Shown: piece after piece, positions 8,562 to 16,975 of the stretch
Numbering within the stretch: position 1 is the first letter of the stretch
Layout: every line of letters begins with the position of its first letter
Origin: a virus
Taxonomy: Duplodnaviria; Caudoviricetes
Direction: 5' to 3' (one strand)
Virus record (IMG/VR): IMGVR_UViG_3300037601_000122
Location: 1 to 48,290 of that record
DNA length: 48,290 bases
Notes under the pieces: generated by a model
What the model was told of the DNA's origin: nothing
What the model saw: the letters and a program-made list of their open reading frames with translations, nothing else
Database searches by the model: none
Program-made: the position numbers and the translations under genes

Positions 8562-10412
8562 CTAGTCCCGTTGTTCACTGACGCGTATCTCGAAAACGCG
8601 CGCGCCACCAGGTGGCGGGTCAATTTCCACTCTGGCGTACCGATGCTCTGTTGACGAGACCTGGAAACTCTTCACTTCACCCTGCTGCCAAACCAGGTCG
8701 CCACTCGAAAGTAGCGGCTTAAAGGACACGCCATCATCGGATACCAGTAGCCGGACCGACTCTGGGAATCCATCAGCCCCAACTGCCACTTCAAAACCAT
8801 TGATCGTGATTGCCCGCCTATAATCGAGCGTAACGTGCACGGGGTCTGAGCCATCAATGAACCAGAACGAACCCGGTCCCACGGACCCGTCAAAGGCTTG
8901 CGCAACGCCCCAGCCTGAATGTTCCTCAGCCACGAACCAGAAATGAGATGGATCGCTCGTGCGGGACACCCGATCACCGCACGCATCTGTCTGCCGGTAC
9001 CCGCCGAACCCGGCAGTCGCCATGCATATCTCGAATGCGTTTTCCGCGACGTCGTGAGATACGTTGCCGCTGGCGGCGAAGAGAATCCGTGCAGATAGGT
9101 GCTCTCGGCCTAAGTCTTTCAACACGCCCCGAGGGAGCCCATCAATGTACGCAACATTGGTCGCCATCAGCGCAAAATCACCATAGACGCCTGGCACGAT
9201 CGTCGATCCGCGATCAGACTGTCTAACCATAATCGTGGCGCCTGCCTCGGCTTGGACCAGCTCGCTGCGCACAAAATCACGTTCAAGCTGCGCGTTGATA
9301 GTTGACGCCATGAGTGTGGACGAGGCAGCAACGGCAGCAAAGATGGACAGGCCGCCCAACACCAATTGCCCCTGCCTTCTTGAAGCCCACCCCCAAAACA
9401 CTCCAAGCGACGATGCAGCCACGATGGCCGACGCGGCGTACATGTTTCGTGTCGTTGCGAAGCCGCCAGCGGACAGAAGGATGGGTGCTGCCGCCAGCGC
9501 CAAGCTCCCGATGACCACTGCTAGTGTTCGCCAGCGCGCAACATCAGTGCGTATTCGGACGGCCCACGTCGCAATCAGAAGCGCTACCGGGAGAAGCACA
9601 AGAGCTGCAGGTGACAACGGCCACCTGAACCATAGGGCTGTAACCTCCCAAGCGAAATCTGAAAGGGTGCCAAGACGCTCCCAGGGCGCCCCGACCGAAA
9701 TGTCATAGGCGCCTCCTGGAACAACCCCAAAAGCAGCAAAGAGCAAGCTGTTGACCTTGGCGAAAACAAAATAGGCAACGCTGGCGATCGACAAAGCGAG
9801 GACTTCCGAGCGCCCCCTATGCCACGCCTCGTCGCGGTCGATAGCGGTGACCGAACGCCATGCGGTGAACGTTAGAAAGTGAAAAGCGTTGGGCGGATAG
9901 ATAAGGAAACACACTCCAAGAATGCCATATCCGCTCCATCGCAGTCGACGCTTTCCCAACTCAGCCGAGTACGACTTCTCCACCAATAGTGCTGATACTG
10001 TGGCTAGGAGCACAGTGAGCGTGCCTGGCACGAGATTGGCCAACCAGAAAACGTAGACCAGCGATGCCGGCAAGAGGCACAGCAGCATGGCGACCCAAGG
10101 CGCTGCACTTGGCGCCTCCACCGACAGCCTCTTCCACGTCAGCAGAAAAACGCCCGCGAGCATTGCGAGGCTGAATGCGCGGCCGACAGAAAAGTCCGCG
10201 ATGCTGTCAAAGAACGCAAACTGCAGGTTCAAAAGAATGGCGCCCAGCGGCCGCCCAATCTCGAAGAGGAACCGCGTCTCCGGGAAACAACAAAACCCGT
10301 CATAATTGAAGCGCGAGTAGTCATTGTGAGCGCCGTACTCGCTGGTGAGCACCGGCAGAAACGGCACTATCAGAACCAGCACTAGGAGACTGCCTCTCAA
10401 CCACTTATTCAA
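8562..10412 (-). CDS. GT-C-type polytopic glycosyltransferase (GtrC/GtrII-like) with a C-terminal discoidin/F5-8C-like domain
   Basis: NDY after TM1, GRPLG, about 11 TMs, IYP and R.MY; C-terminal AFDGS..SFW, VSDDG..F and RYARV resemble F5/8 type C motifs. Confidence 0.7.
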   Translation of the reverse strand: MNKWLRGSLLVLVLIVPFLPVLTSEYGAHNDYSRFNYDGFCCFPETRFLFEIGRPLGAILLNLQFAFFDSIADFSVGRAFSLAMLAGVFLLTWKRLSVEAPSAAPWVAMLLCLLPASLVYVFWLANLVPGTLTVLLATVSALLVEKSYSAELGKRRLRWSGYGILGVCFLIYPPNAFHFLTFTAWRSVTAIDRDEAWHRGRSEVLALSIASVAYFVFAKVNSLLFAAFGVVPGGAYDISVGAPWERLGTLSDFAWEVTALWFRWPLSPAALVLLPVALLIATWAVRIRTDVARWRTLAVVIGSLALAAAPILLSAGGFATTRNMYAASAIVAASSLGVFWGWASRRQGQLVLGGLSIFAAVAASSTLMASTINAQLERDFVRSELVQAEAGATIMVRQSDRGSTIVPGVYGDFALMATNVAYIDGLPRGVLKDLGREHLSARILFAASGNVSHDVAENAFEICMATAGFGGYRQTDACGDRVSRTSDPSHFWFVAEEHSGWGVAQAFDGSVGPGSFWFIDGSDPVHVTLDYRRAITINGFEVAVGADGFPESVRLLVSDDGVSFKPLLSSGDLVWQQGEVKSFQVSSTEHRYARVEIDPPPGGARVFEIRVSEQRD

Positions 10413-10948
10413 CTGCCGATCCTCACAAGTGTGCCGAAGGCGATCAGAACGAGTTGCAGCGGCAATGTCCCCAACAAGGCTCCAACAAGAAAAGGCGCAA
10501 CACGGATCTTCGAAGTACCGAAGACGTAGCTAAGTGTGGACCCGGGCAACAGCGGGTTGAGGTGGGCTACCGCGGACGCCTTCCAGCCATATGTCTCGAT
10601 TTGCCGAAGCATCGAGCCACGCTCCAGCGCAATCGGCGAGTCGCCCCAACGAAATCGCCTAGCCAGCCAGAAGGTTGTCATGGACGAAATAAGCGTGGAC
10701 GCGGTGGCGAAAAACAGCCCTGCCGGCAGCCCCCACAGGACACCAAAAGCCAGCGTGATAAATGAGCTTGGCAAAGCAAGAACAGCACACACAACTTGCG
10801 CGGCCGTTAGTATTGCCGGCGCGGCGAGAGGATAGGATTCCGCAATCGCCAGAATGCTATTTCTCAGACCAGGGTTGAGAAGCCATACCGCGAGCAGAAG
10901 CGACCAAATGACTACGACGGCCAGGGCAGGTAAGATGGCCCTGTTCAC
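10409..10948 (-). CDS. DedA/VTT (TVP38/TMEM64) family membrane protein
   Basis: LP...T..FG..WG..G, F.LARRF, HLNPLLPG..LSY.FG.S.I...FL.G..LG..P pattern; 4-bp overlaps on both sides. Confidence 0.85.
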   Translation of the reverse strand: MNRAILPALAVVVIWSLLLAVWLLNPGLRNSILAIAESYPLAAPAILTAAQVVCAVLALPSSFITLAFGVLWGLPAGLFFATASTLISSMTTFWLARRFRWGDSPIALERGSMLRQIETYGWKASAVAHLNPLLPGSTLSYVFGTSKIRVAPFLVGALLGTLPLQLVLIAFGTLVRIGS

Positions 10949-11916
10949 TCGACGCGACCTGGGGAATTCTCGTGTACCTGATGCACAATATACCGCGGTC
11001 GCGCCTTCACCTCGATGTAGATCTTCGCGACGTAAAGGCCGATTATGCCAATGGCGATCAGGTTCGCACCGCCAAAGAAGGCAACGACGATAAGAACCAA
11101 TGACACGCCTGGCGCCGCCACACCCAGCAACTTTGTGACCACGGCATAAAGACTAAGGCCAGCGGCGACCATCAGGGTGACCAACCCGAGATAGAACGCG
11201 GCATATAGAGGCGCTTCAGAAAACGAAGTGATCCCTCTTAAGAACTCGCGGACCGGCCCCTTGCTGAACAGGGGCATATGCGTTTCGCCAGCGAAGCGCG
11301 CCTCGCGCCGATAGTACACAAACTCCTGCTTGAGACCGATCCACACAGCGAGCCCACGCATGTATGGGTCTTGCTCGGGCATAGCGAGCAGCTGATCTAC
11401 AGCCCGCCTAGACAACAGCTTAAAATCACCGGTGTTTTCTGGCAGCTGAACGCTCGTCGACAGACTGTTGATAATTCTGTACGCCATCTTGGTAATGGCC
11501 ATTTTGGCTGCACTCTCACCATCGCGGTGAGTGCGGGTTGTGTGTACAACATCTGCCCCCTGGCGGTACTTCTCGACTAGCTGCGGAATCAGCTCCGGCG
11601 GATCCTGAAGGTCAGCGTCCAGATAGACGACGGCATCGCCTTTAGACTGCGCAAATCCTGCAAGCAAACATGGCCCAACTCCGAACCGTCGAGCCATCGA
11701 GACTATCTTGATTGGATTCTCTTGCTGCATGGTCTGCAGCAATCTGAAGGAGTTGTCAGTCGAGGCGTCATCTACAAAGATGAACTCGTACGTCAGGTCC
11801 TGGACTTGGCCGAGTGCAGCAACGCATCGCTTGACCAATTCGGGGATATTTTCCTCCTCGTTCCGGAACGAGAACACAAGCGAAAGTAACAAGATGACCC
11901 CCAGCAGCCACGGCAT
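10945..11916 (-). CDS. GT2 polyprenyl-phosphate glycosyltransferase (GtrB/ArnC-like)
   Basis: NEEENI, FVDDASTD, DADLQDPPELIP, GDFKL, two C-terminal TMs and GLYVAKIY.EVK.RP.YIV. The true start may be a few codons downstream. Confidence 0.92.
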   Translation of the reverse strand: MPWLLGVILLLSLVFSFRNEEENIPELVKRCVAALGQVQDLTYEFIFVDDASTDNSFRLLQTMQQENPIKIVSMARRFGVGPCLLAGFAQSKGDAVVYLDADLQDPPELIPQLVEKYRQGADVVHTTRTHRDGESAAKMAITKMAYRIINSLSTSVQLPENTGDFKLLSRRAVDQLLAMPEQDPYMRGLAVWIGLKQEFVYYRREARFAGETHMPLFSKGPVREFLRGITSFSEAPLYAAFYLGLVTLMVAAGLSLYAVVTKLLGVAAPGVSLVLIVVAFFGGANLIAIGIIGLYVAKIYIEVKARPRYIVHQVHENSPGRVE

Positions 11917-11942
11917 TTCATCACCGGGAACCCTTCTAGTAG

Positions 11943-11959
11943 TCCGATCGGAGTGTCAA
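11943..11959 (-). promoter_or_regulatory. Putative promoter of the glycosylation cassette
   Basis: Perfect TTGACA (11959-11954) followed by the 10-bp palindrome TCCGATCGGA; the -10 element is weak. Confidence 0.35.
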
Positions 11960-12093
11960 GGCGCCGAACTTTGAGGTGTTCAGCGGTCAATGCCAGCGGA
12001 GGATGCAGTAGCGGTTGGAGTTGCTACTGTTGCGCTATCCGCGCTTGTGATATGAACAATCTCCAAAATCTTCCCCATTTCCACGGGCCGTGA

Positions 12094-12294
12094 ATGATCG
12101 CACTACTCCAGAAAATGTTTCGCCCCTCCCCGGATTGGCGCGTGCACGTCCAGCGTACCTCCGACTCCGCAATCAAGTCTGAGATGGTGATGCGTCGATG
12201 GAACAACGGGGGCTGGGAGTATCGCAAACCCACGCCTCAAGAGCGCGCCAAGTGGGAAGCTGAAATGGACTATATGTGCGACACTGCCTGGTAG
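12094..12294 (+). CDS. Small hypothetical protein
   Basis: 66-aa ORF (MRRWNNGGWEYRKPTPQE), divergent from the GT2 gene and convergent with the esterase. Confidence 0.55.
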   Translation: MIALLQKMFRPSPDWRVHVQRTSDSAIKSEMVMRRWNNGGWEYRKPTPQERAKWEAEMDYMCDTAW

Positions 12295-12296
12295 GC

Positions 12297-13094
12297 TCAA
12301 AGCACAGCTAGAATTGCATCGCGCCACATTGTTGCGACAGACGTTGCTCCAGACGCATTGAAATGCGTTCCGTCCGCCCGGTATGAATTGCCGAGAGTGT
12401 CGGTGTCTGGGCCGGCGAAGAAATCCACATCATCAATGACGTTTGCTTGGGCTGCTCGGACAGCTAGATAGTTTGGTGGGTACTCCCCTCCGCCCCATGT
12501 GGCTTTGGCGACAATTATGGGGCAGTCGACACCATAACCCCTCAGTGCATCCTTAAGCGCCTCTAGCGATGCTGCGTATGAAGCTTCTGTGGTGCTTGAA
12601 CTGGCATCACTTTCACCTTGATGCCAAAGCACGGCGTCAGGTACCAGGCCAAGCGCCAAGGTTCGGAGGCAAGCCGCCTTGGCACGATGGTGCATGACAC
12701 CACCCGGCGCCCAATCGGATGCAAAAGTACCGCCCACCGCCACAGGCACGTTGACCACGCGCTCCGCATGCTCCCCCGAAATGAGGAGGTCTGCCATTTG
12801 GGGCAAAACACTGTGCTGAGTACCGTTCGGCCCGAGCATCGGACCACTAACCGCGCGATAAAGGCCACCATCAAAAACGCTAAGATTCAGGTTTCCGTCC
12901 GCTCCAGTCGGACTATATGAGCCAAACACATAGTTTCCGATGTTGGACTGACCCATGCTCAAAACAGTGAGTGTGCTGGACGCGCTGTGCGCCGATTCCC
13001 TGACCCTGCCCGCCAAAGATGAGAATTCAGGCTCGTACGGTGCCGTAAGTGGTGTAATCCGGTAGGGGTCTGCCTTAGAAATCAAGATCGTCAA
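12297..13094 (-). CDS. SGNH/SASA-family carbohydrate O-acetylesterase
   Basis: GQSN, GGT, WHQGESD and DGTHF catalytic blocks; TTG start overlapping the tail-fibre stop (TTGA). Confidence 0.85.
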   Translation of the reverse strand: MTILISKADPYRITPLTAPYEPEFSSLAGRVRESAHSASSTLTVLSMGQSNIGNYVFGSYSPTGADGNLNLSVFDGGLYRAVSGPMLGPNGTQHSVLPQMADLLISGEHAERVVNVPVAVGGTFASDWAPGGVMHHRAKAACLRTLALGLVPDAVLWHQGESDASSSTTEASYAASLEALKDALRGYGVDCPIIVAKATWGGGEYPPNYLAVRAAQANVIDDVDFFAGPDTDTLGNSYRADGTHFNASGATSVATMWRDAILAVL

Positions 13095-15298
13095 TTGACT
13101 ACGCTCGCAACCAGGCCAGAACGGAAGTTTGGCGCACCGCCTGCGTCCCCGTACCACGTTTGGGTATCCGCACCCCCGCCATACTCAAGCCAACGGATTT
13201 CGTGATAGCCGACACCTGGGGCCCCTTTGTAGAAGGCCGCCACTCCCACACCAGAAACAGTCGTGCTGGTCGCTTGCGAGAGGAGAATGGCGACATTGGA
13301 AGTGCTGCTGTCTACACCAACGCCGACTGACGGGAAGACAACACCGCCAGAAGTGGAGACGATGCAGTTTACGCACGCCTCTGCGATGCCGCCCCCCAGA
13401 GAGTTGATGAAAGAAACCTTGTTGTCGGCACTTCCATTGGCCTGGCGCCAAGCGCCGGTGGAATAGTTCCAGTTGTCCGTGGCCTCAGCCCGCTCCATGG
13501 CCCGCTGCGCGGGCATGTACGCGCTTGAGACGAAACGACGGAGCTTGCTGTCTTCTGTCTCACCGGCACCGACCGTTCTGAATGATCCGAGAAGGTTCGC
13601 CTGACGAGCCGGAACGACGTGTTCGGCGCCACCTGTGGCACGCAAGGTGATCGAGTTCTTGTTCACCATGCGGCCGTGAAACAACTCAACCTCCGTCGAG
13701 CCAGAGCCTGTGCCTCTGGAGGTGTCTGACCCAGCTACAGCGCCTGCGCCCCACTCGGGGCCAGTCCCGACGATTACCGCCCCCGCAACAACGGCTTCAA
13801 AGACATCATAGTTTTTGGCTGCAGGGTGATCGGTTGCATCCAGTGCGACCGAAAGCGCGTCACGGAGCCAAACAGCATCCCCCGTCCCATTGTAGATCGC
13901 GGTTGCGATATGACCGACTGGGACAATATGAACCGTCGTGGCGCCAACTATGTCGGATTCCGTAACAGCGACCCCTGCTGCCAGTGACAGTCGAACGGAA
14001 GGAATTACTGCGACGGAGCCTGCGCTGAACTCCTCGAAAGACAGCGCGCTCGAACCGATAGTTCCGCCGGAATTGGAAGTGCATCTCCATAGCGTATCGG
14101 CGTTCAAAGTGCCTTCGTTGACTGGAAAATAGGAGCCCGGAAAGTCTGCCCAGGCATCGAAATCGGGATGGCGCGAGGCTGATCCTGACACCGACGCGAT
14201 ATAAACGCCATTTTCCTCGGGAGCAGTCTGCGCCGTCAGCAGTACTAGGTCACCTCCGGACAGGGCGACACCATCAATCGTGTCTCCGGCTTCAAGGTCA
14301 GTCGAGATGGTAACGTTGGACGTTGCCACGACTCGACAGGCGATTCCCTTGAGCCCTCCACCTGGTGCTCCAGTAGCCCCGGTGGCCCCTGTGTCTCCGG
14401 TCGCACCGGTGGCCCCGGTGGCACCCTTAGGACCGGTATAAAGCGCTACCACCTGCCAGTCCGGCCCTGCGATAAGCTCCACCACACCAGACCGTCCGGA
14501 ATAGGCTCCGAAGTCGGTTTGCAGGTCGGTCACGAACACCAAATATCCAGCAGCCTCGCCTTCCAACGCGGTCAGTTCGGATGGATCGGCAACCGTGGCA
14601 TCTGTGATATATCCATCACCGGCATCACCAGTGCGCGCAAACGCCACCATGAGCTCGTCATCGGCCGCAAAGCTGCCAGAGCCGCCAATGTGCGTCAGGG
14701 TGAGCTTTCGGTAGCCGGTGCCGTCCACAACCGATCCTGTGACCGCATAGGCCCGGAATGTCGAAGGGGCAGTGATAGAGCTCAGCCACAGCTTGCCCTT
14801 GGCCAGCGAAGTGCTGTCACCCCAGCTATCGAGTTCGCCTGCCACCGACGCGCCGTTGGCATCGAGCACATCGATATAGGCCGCCGTCGCCAAGGTCGGG
14901 TCCGCATTGTTGAGACGGATATAGCCAGCGCCCGGATCGGCATCAGTCGTCGTGTCGCTAAACCGGAAGAACCTGCCCTGGCCGTTCGCCCGCACCACGC
15001 TCAACTGTTCCAGCAGCCGACGGGTCTGGGCAGTGCTGCGCTCAATGATGCCGACGAACCGGATCTCATAGGCGTCGTCAGTGATTGTGGTGCCGGGCCA
15101 GCCAACGGCCAGCTCCAGTTCACCATCATCAGTCACGGATGCAATGCGCTGCGGAGGGACAAGCGGCTGAGCAGGATCGCAGAATAGATCGCCCGCCATG
15201 ATCGCGTCATCACCCCAGAGGGTGCTGGAGCCAGTCACAGTGGTTTCGCCGTTCGTGACCGATACGGTCCCGGACGTGTAGATAACGGGGAGTGCCAT
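13091..15298 (-). CDS. Tail fibre / receptor-binding protein
   Basis: N-terminal YTSGTVSVTNG..TVTG..TLW, DADPGAG, collagen-like GxT repeats; positioned at the end of the tail module. Confidence 0.8.
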   Translation of the reverse strand: MALPVIYTSGTVSVTNGETTVTGSSTLWGDDAIMAGDLFCDPAQPLVPPQRIASVTDDGELELAVGWPGTTITDDAYEIRFVGIIERSTAQTRRLLEQLSVVRANGQGRFFRFSDTTTDADPGAGYIRLNNADPTLATAAYIDVLDANGASVAGELDSWGDSTSLAKGKLWLSSITAPSTFRAYAVTGSVVDGTGYRKLTLTHIGGSGSFAADDELMVAFARTGDAGDGYITDATVADPSELTALEGEAAGYLVFVTDLQTDFGAYSGRSGVVELIAGPDWQVVALYTGPKGATGATGATGDTGATGATGAPGGGLKGIACRVVATSNVTISTDLEAGDTIDGVALSGGDLVLLTAQTAPEENGVYIASVSGSASRHPDFDAWADFPGSYFPVNEGTLNADTLWRCTSNSGGTIGSSALSFEEFSAGSVAVIPSVRLSLAAGVAVTESDIVGATTVHIVPVGHIATAIYNGTGDAVWLRDALSVALDATDHPAAKNYDVFEAVVAGAVIVGTGPEWGAGAVAGSDTSRGTGSGSTEVELFHGRMVNKNSITLRATGGAEHVVPARQANLLGSFRTVGAGETEDSKLRRFVSSAYMPAQRAMERAEATDNWNYSTGAWRQANGSADNKVSFINSLGGGIAEACVNCIVSTSGGVVFPSVGVGVDSSTSNVAILLSQATSTTVSGVGVAAFYKGAPGVGYHEIRWLEYGGGADTQTWYGDAGGAPNFRSGLVASVVN
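14361..14435 (-). repeat. Collagen-like Gly-X-Y coding repeat in the tail fibre
   Basis: Encodes GPKGATGATGATGDTGATGATGAPG. Confidence 0.7.
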
Positions 15299-15314
15299 CT
15301 ATGTACCTATGGAA

Positions 15315-16139
15315 TTAGCTGCGGCGCCCGAAGCGCCCTTTGACAGTGATCGCGTACCGGGTCGCGTAGTTGGTGGGATCGGTGTAGCTGACCTGCTCGG
15401 GGAACCCGTATCGGACCTGGGAAACCCAAAAAGCGGCATTGGCAAATGGCCCCCCAGGAAAAGGGTTCGATTGCCCCTCATTGACGTAATACGGAGCAGT
15501 GTCTGTCCACCACACCGGCAGGGCTGCGCCGCCTACAGCAATGTTCTCGGCCCCACTGGTGACGTTATCGGGCGAGATAGCCGATGACGGCAGTGCGGGC
15601 GGCATGGTTCCGATCTGCCGAAAGTTCCCCGCCGCCGGCCCTACACTGTGCTGCAATCGAGCAACGAGGTTCCCACCTTGGACGTCAATGGTCATAGCGC
15701 GGGCGATGCCAGCCGCCGCTTCAATAATCATGCTCCCGCCATCCGTGGGCATGTCGACACCCTGCGGAATAACCGGTGAGATGTTTTGAGTGAGCCAGGT
15801 ATGCGACGGAGCAATGGTCCGCGTCATGGAAACGCGGCCGACGAATAGGTCGGCACCGGCAGGAGCTGCGCCTAGAACGACAGTGTTTGCCCACTCTTGC
15901 GGCAGCGCCCCCACCACGCTCCGTGCGATGCGGATAGCAAAGTAGTTGTCACCAGGCGCACGCTGAATTTGATATTGGAATTGATAGAGCTGAGATTTGT
16001 TGGCGTTTGGGAAGTCGATGTTCGCCGTGAAGGTCTGCTCGTCGGTCAGGAACTGAAGCAGAGTGCCATCAGTCGTGGCAACGGTCCTGCCATCATACTT
16101 GACGATGAACTGTCCATTTTCGATCGACCATCCACTCAT
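15315..16139 (-). CDS. Minor tail protein (hypothetical)
   Basis: Coupled ORF within the tail-tip cluster; beta-rich composition. Confidence 0.6.
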   Translation of the reverse strand: MSGWSIENGQFIVKYDGRTVATTDGTLLQFLTDEQTFTANIDFPNANKSQLYQFQYQIQRAPGDNYFAIRIARSVVGALPQEWANTVVLGAAPAGADLFVGRVSMTRTIAPSHTWLTQNISPVIPQGVDMPTDGGSMIIEAAAGIARAMTIDVQGGNLVARLQHSVGPAAGNFRQIGTMPPALPSSAISPDNVTSGAENIAVGGAALPVWWTDTAPYYVNEGQSNPFPGGPFANAAFWVSQVRYGFPEQVSYTDPTNYATRYAITVKGRFGRRS

Positions 16140-16975
16140 GGCGCCTGCACCTGAATGACGGGCTCTCCGGTGAAACTGCCGTTATAGTCACCAGTCGGGC
16201 CAGCCTGAGAGCCATACCCACCGAAAGACACGGCGAACGAGCTCGGCACGATGTCCCGGATAGCCCCGCTGGCCGAGACTGATCGGAATGTTCCATTCGC
16301 CAGATCTACCGTCTTGCCGGTTGGTAGGGCGAAGGGCGACCCGCCCGCCACGATCTGGAGGTATTTGCGGTCAGAGCTGAACTTTTCCAGCGCCATCTTC
16401 ACGATGTTGGTGTCGGGGTCGAAGTCGAACAACGCATCTCCAGTGGGCGCTGGCGGGGCCTTCAGGATCAGAAGCGAATAGTCGATGCTGATTGCGCCCA
16501 GGGCGGCACTGGTTTGCATCGCAAACTCGTAGGCCCTGATTTCCGTCGTGGTGGCATAGAACGTCACGAACCGGCAGCGGCCATCCCCAAGATCGAACTG
16601 CACCGGATAACCGGGGCTCATGATGTCCGAACCCACCACAGCGAGGAAGTCAGGCACATACCCCAGGCCGTGGGTGTGGACCGCATAGTCTGTCGCATAG
16701 CCGCCATAGCTCACGCCAGTGGTCAGTTGCCCTACGGCACCTCCAGAGGCCGGATTGGCCGGCACGGTCCCGTGATTGATCGTAATGTCTATCGGCCCGA
16801 CCGCTTCCATCGGGTCGTAATCCGAGTGGTAGTACAGGTATTGTAGATTGTTGGCCGGATCGTTGAGGGGCGCATTGCAGAGCGCTGCCGGATCGTCGGG
16901 GTCCCCGATATCCGTGGGCACTTCATAGATGGCAACGCGCCCGCTCTGTGGGTCGCGAAAGTGACGAATGGTCAT
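16136..16975 (-). CDS. Minor tail protein (hypothetical)
   Basis: ATGA-coupled; contains HGLGYVP, a motif common in tail-tip proteins. Confidence 0.6.
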   Translation of the reverse strand: MTIRHFRDPQSGRVAIYEVPTDIGDPDDPAALCNAPLNDPANNLQYLYYHSDYDPMEAVGPIDITINHGTVPANPASGGAVGQLTTGVSYGGYATDYAVHTHGLGYVPDFLAVVGSDIMSPGYPVQFDLGDGRCRFVTFYATTTEIRAYEFAMQTSAALGAISIDYSLLILKAPPAPTGDALFDFDPDTNIVKMALEKFSSDRKYLQIVAGGSPFALPTGKTVDLANGTFRSVSASGAIRDIVPSSFAVSFGGYGSQAGPTGDYNGSFTGEPVIQVQAP

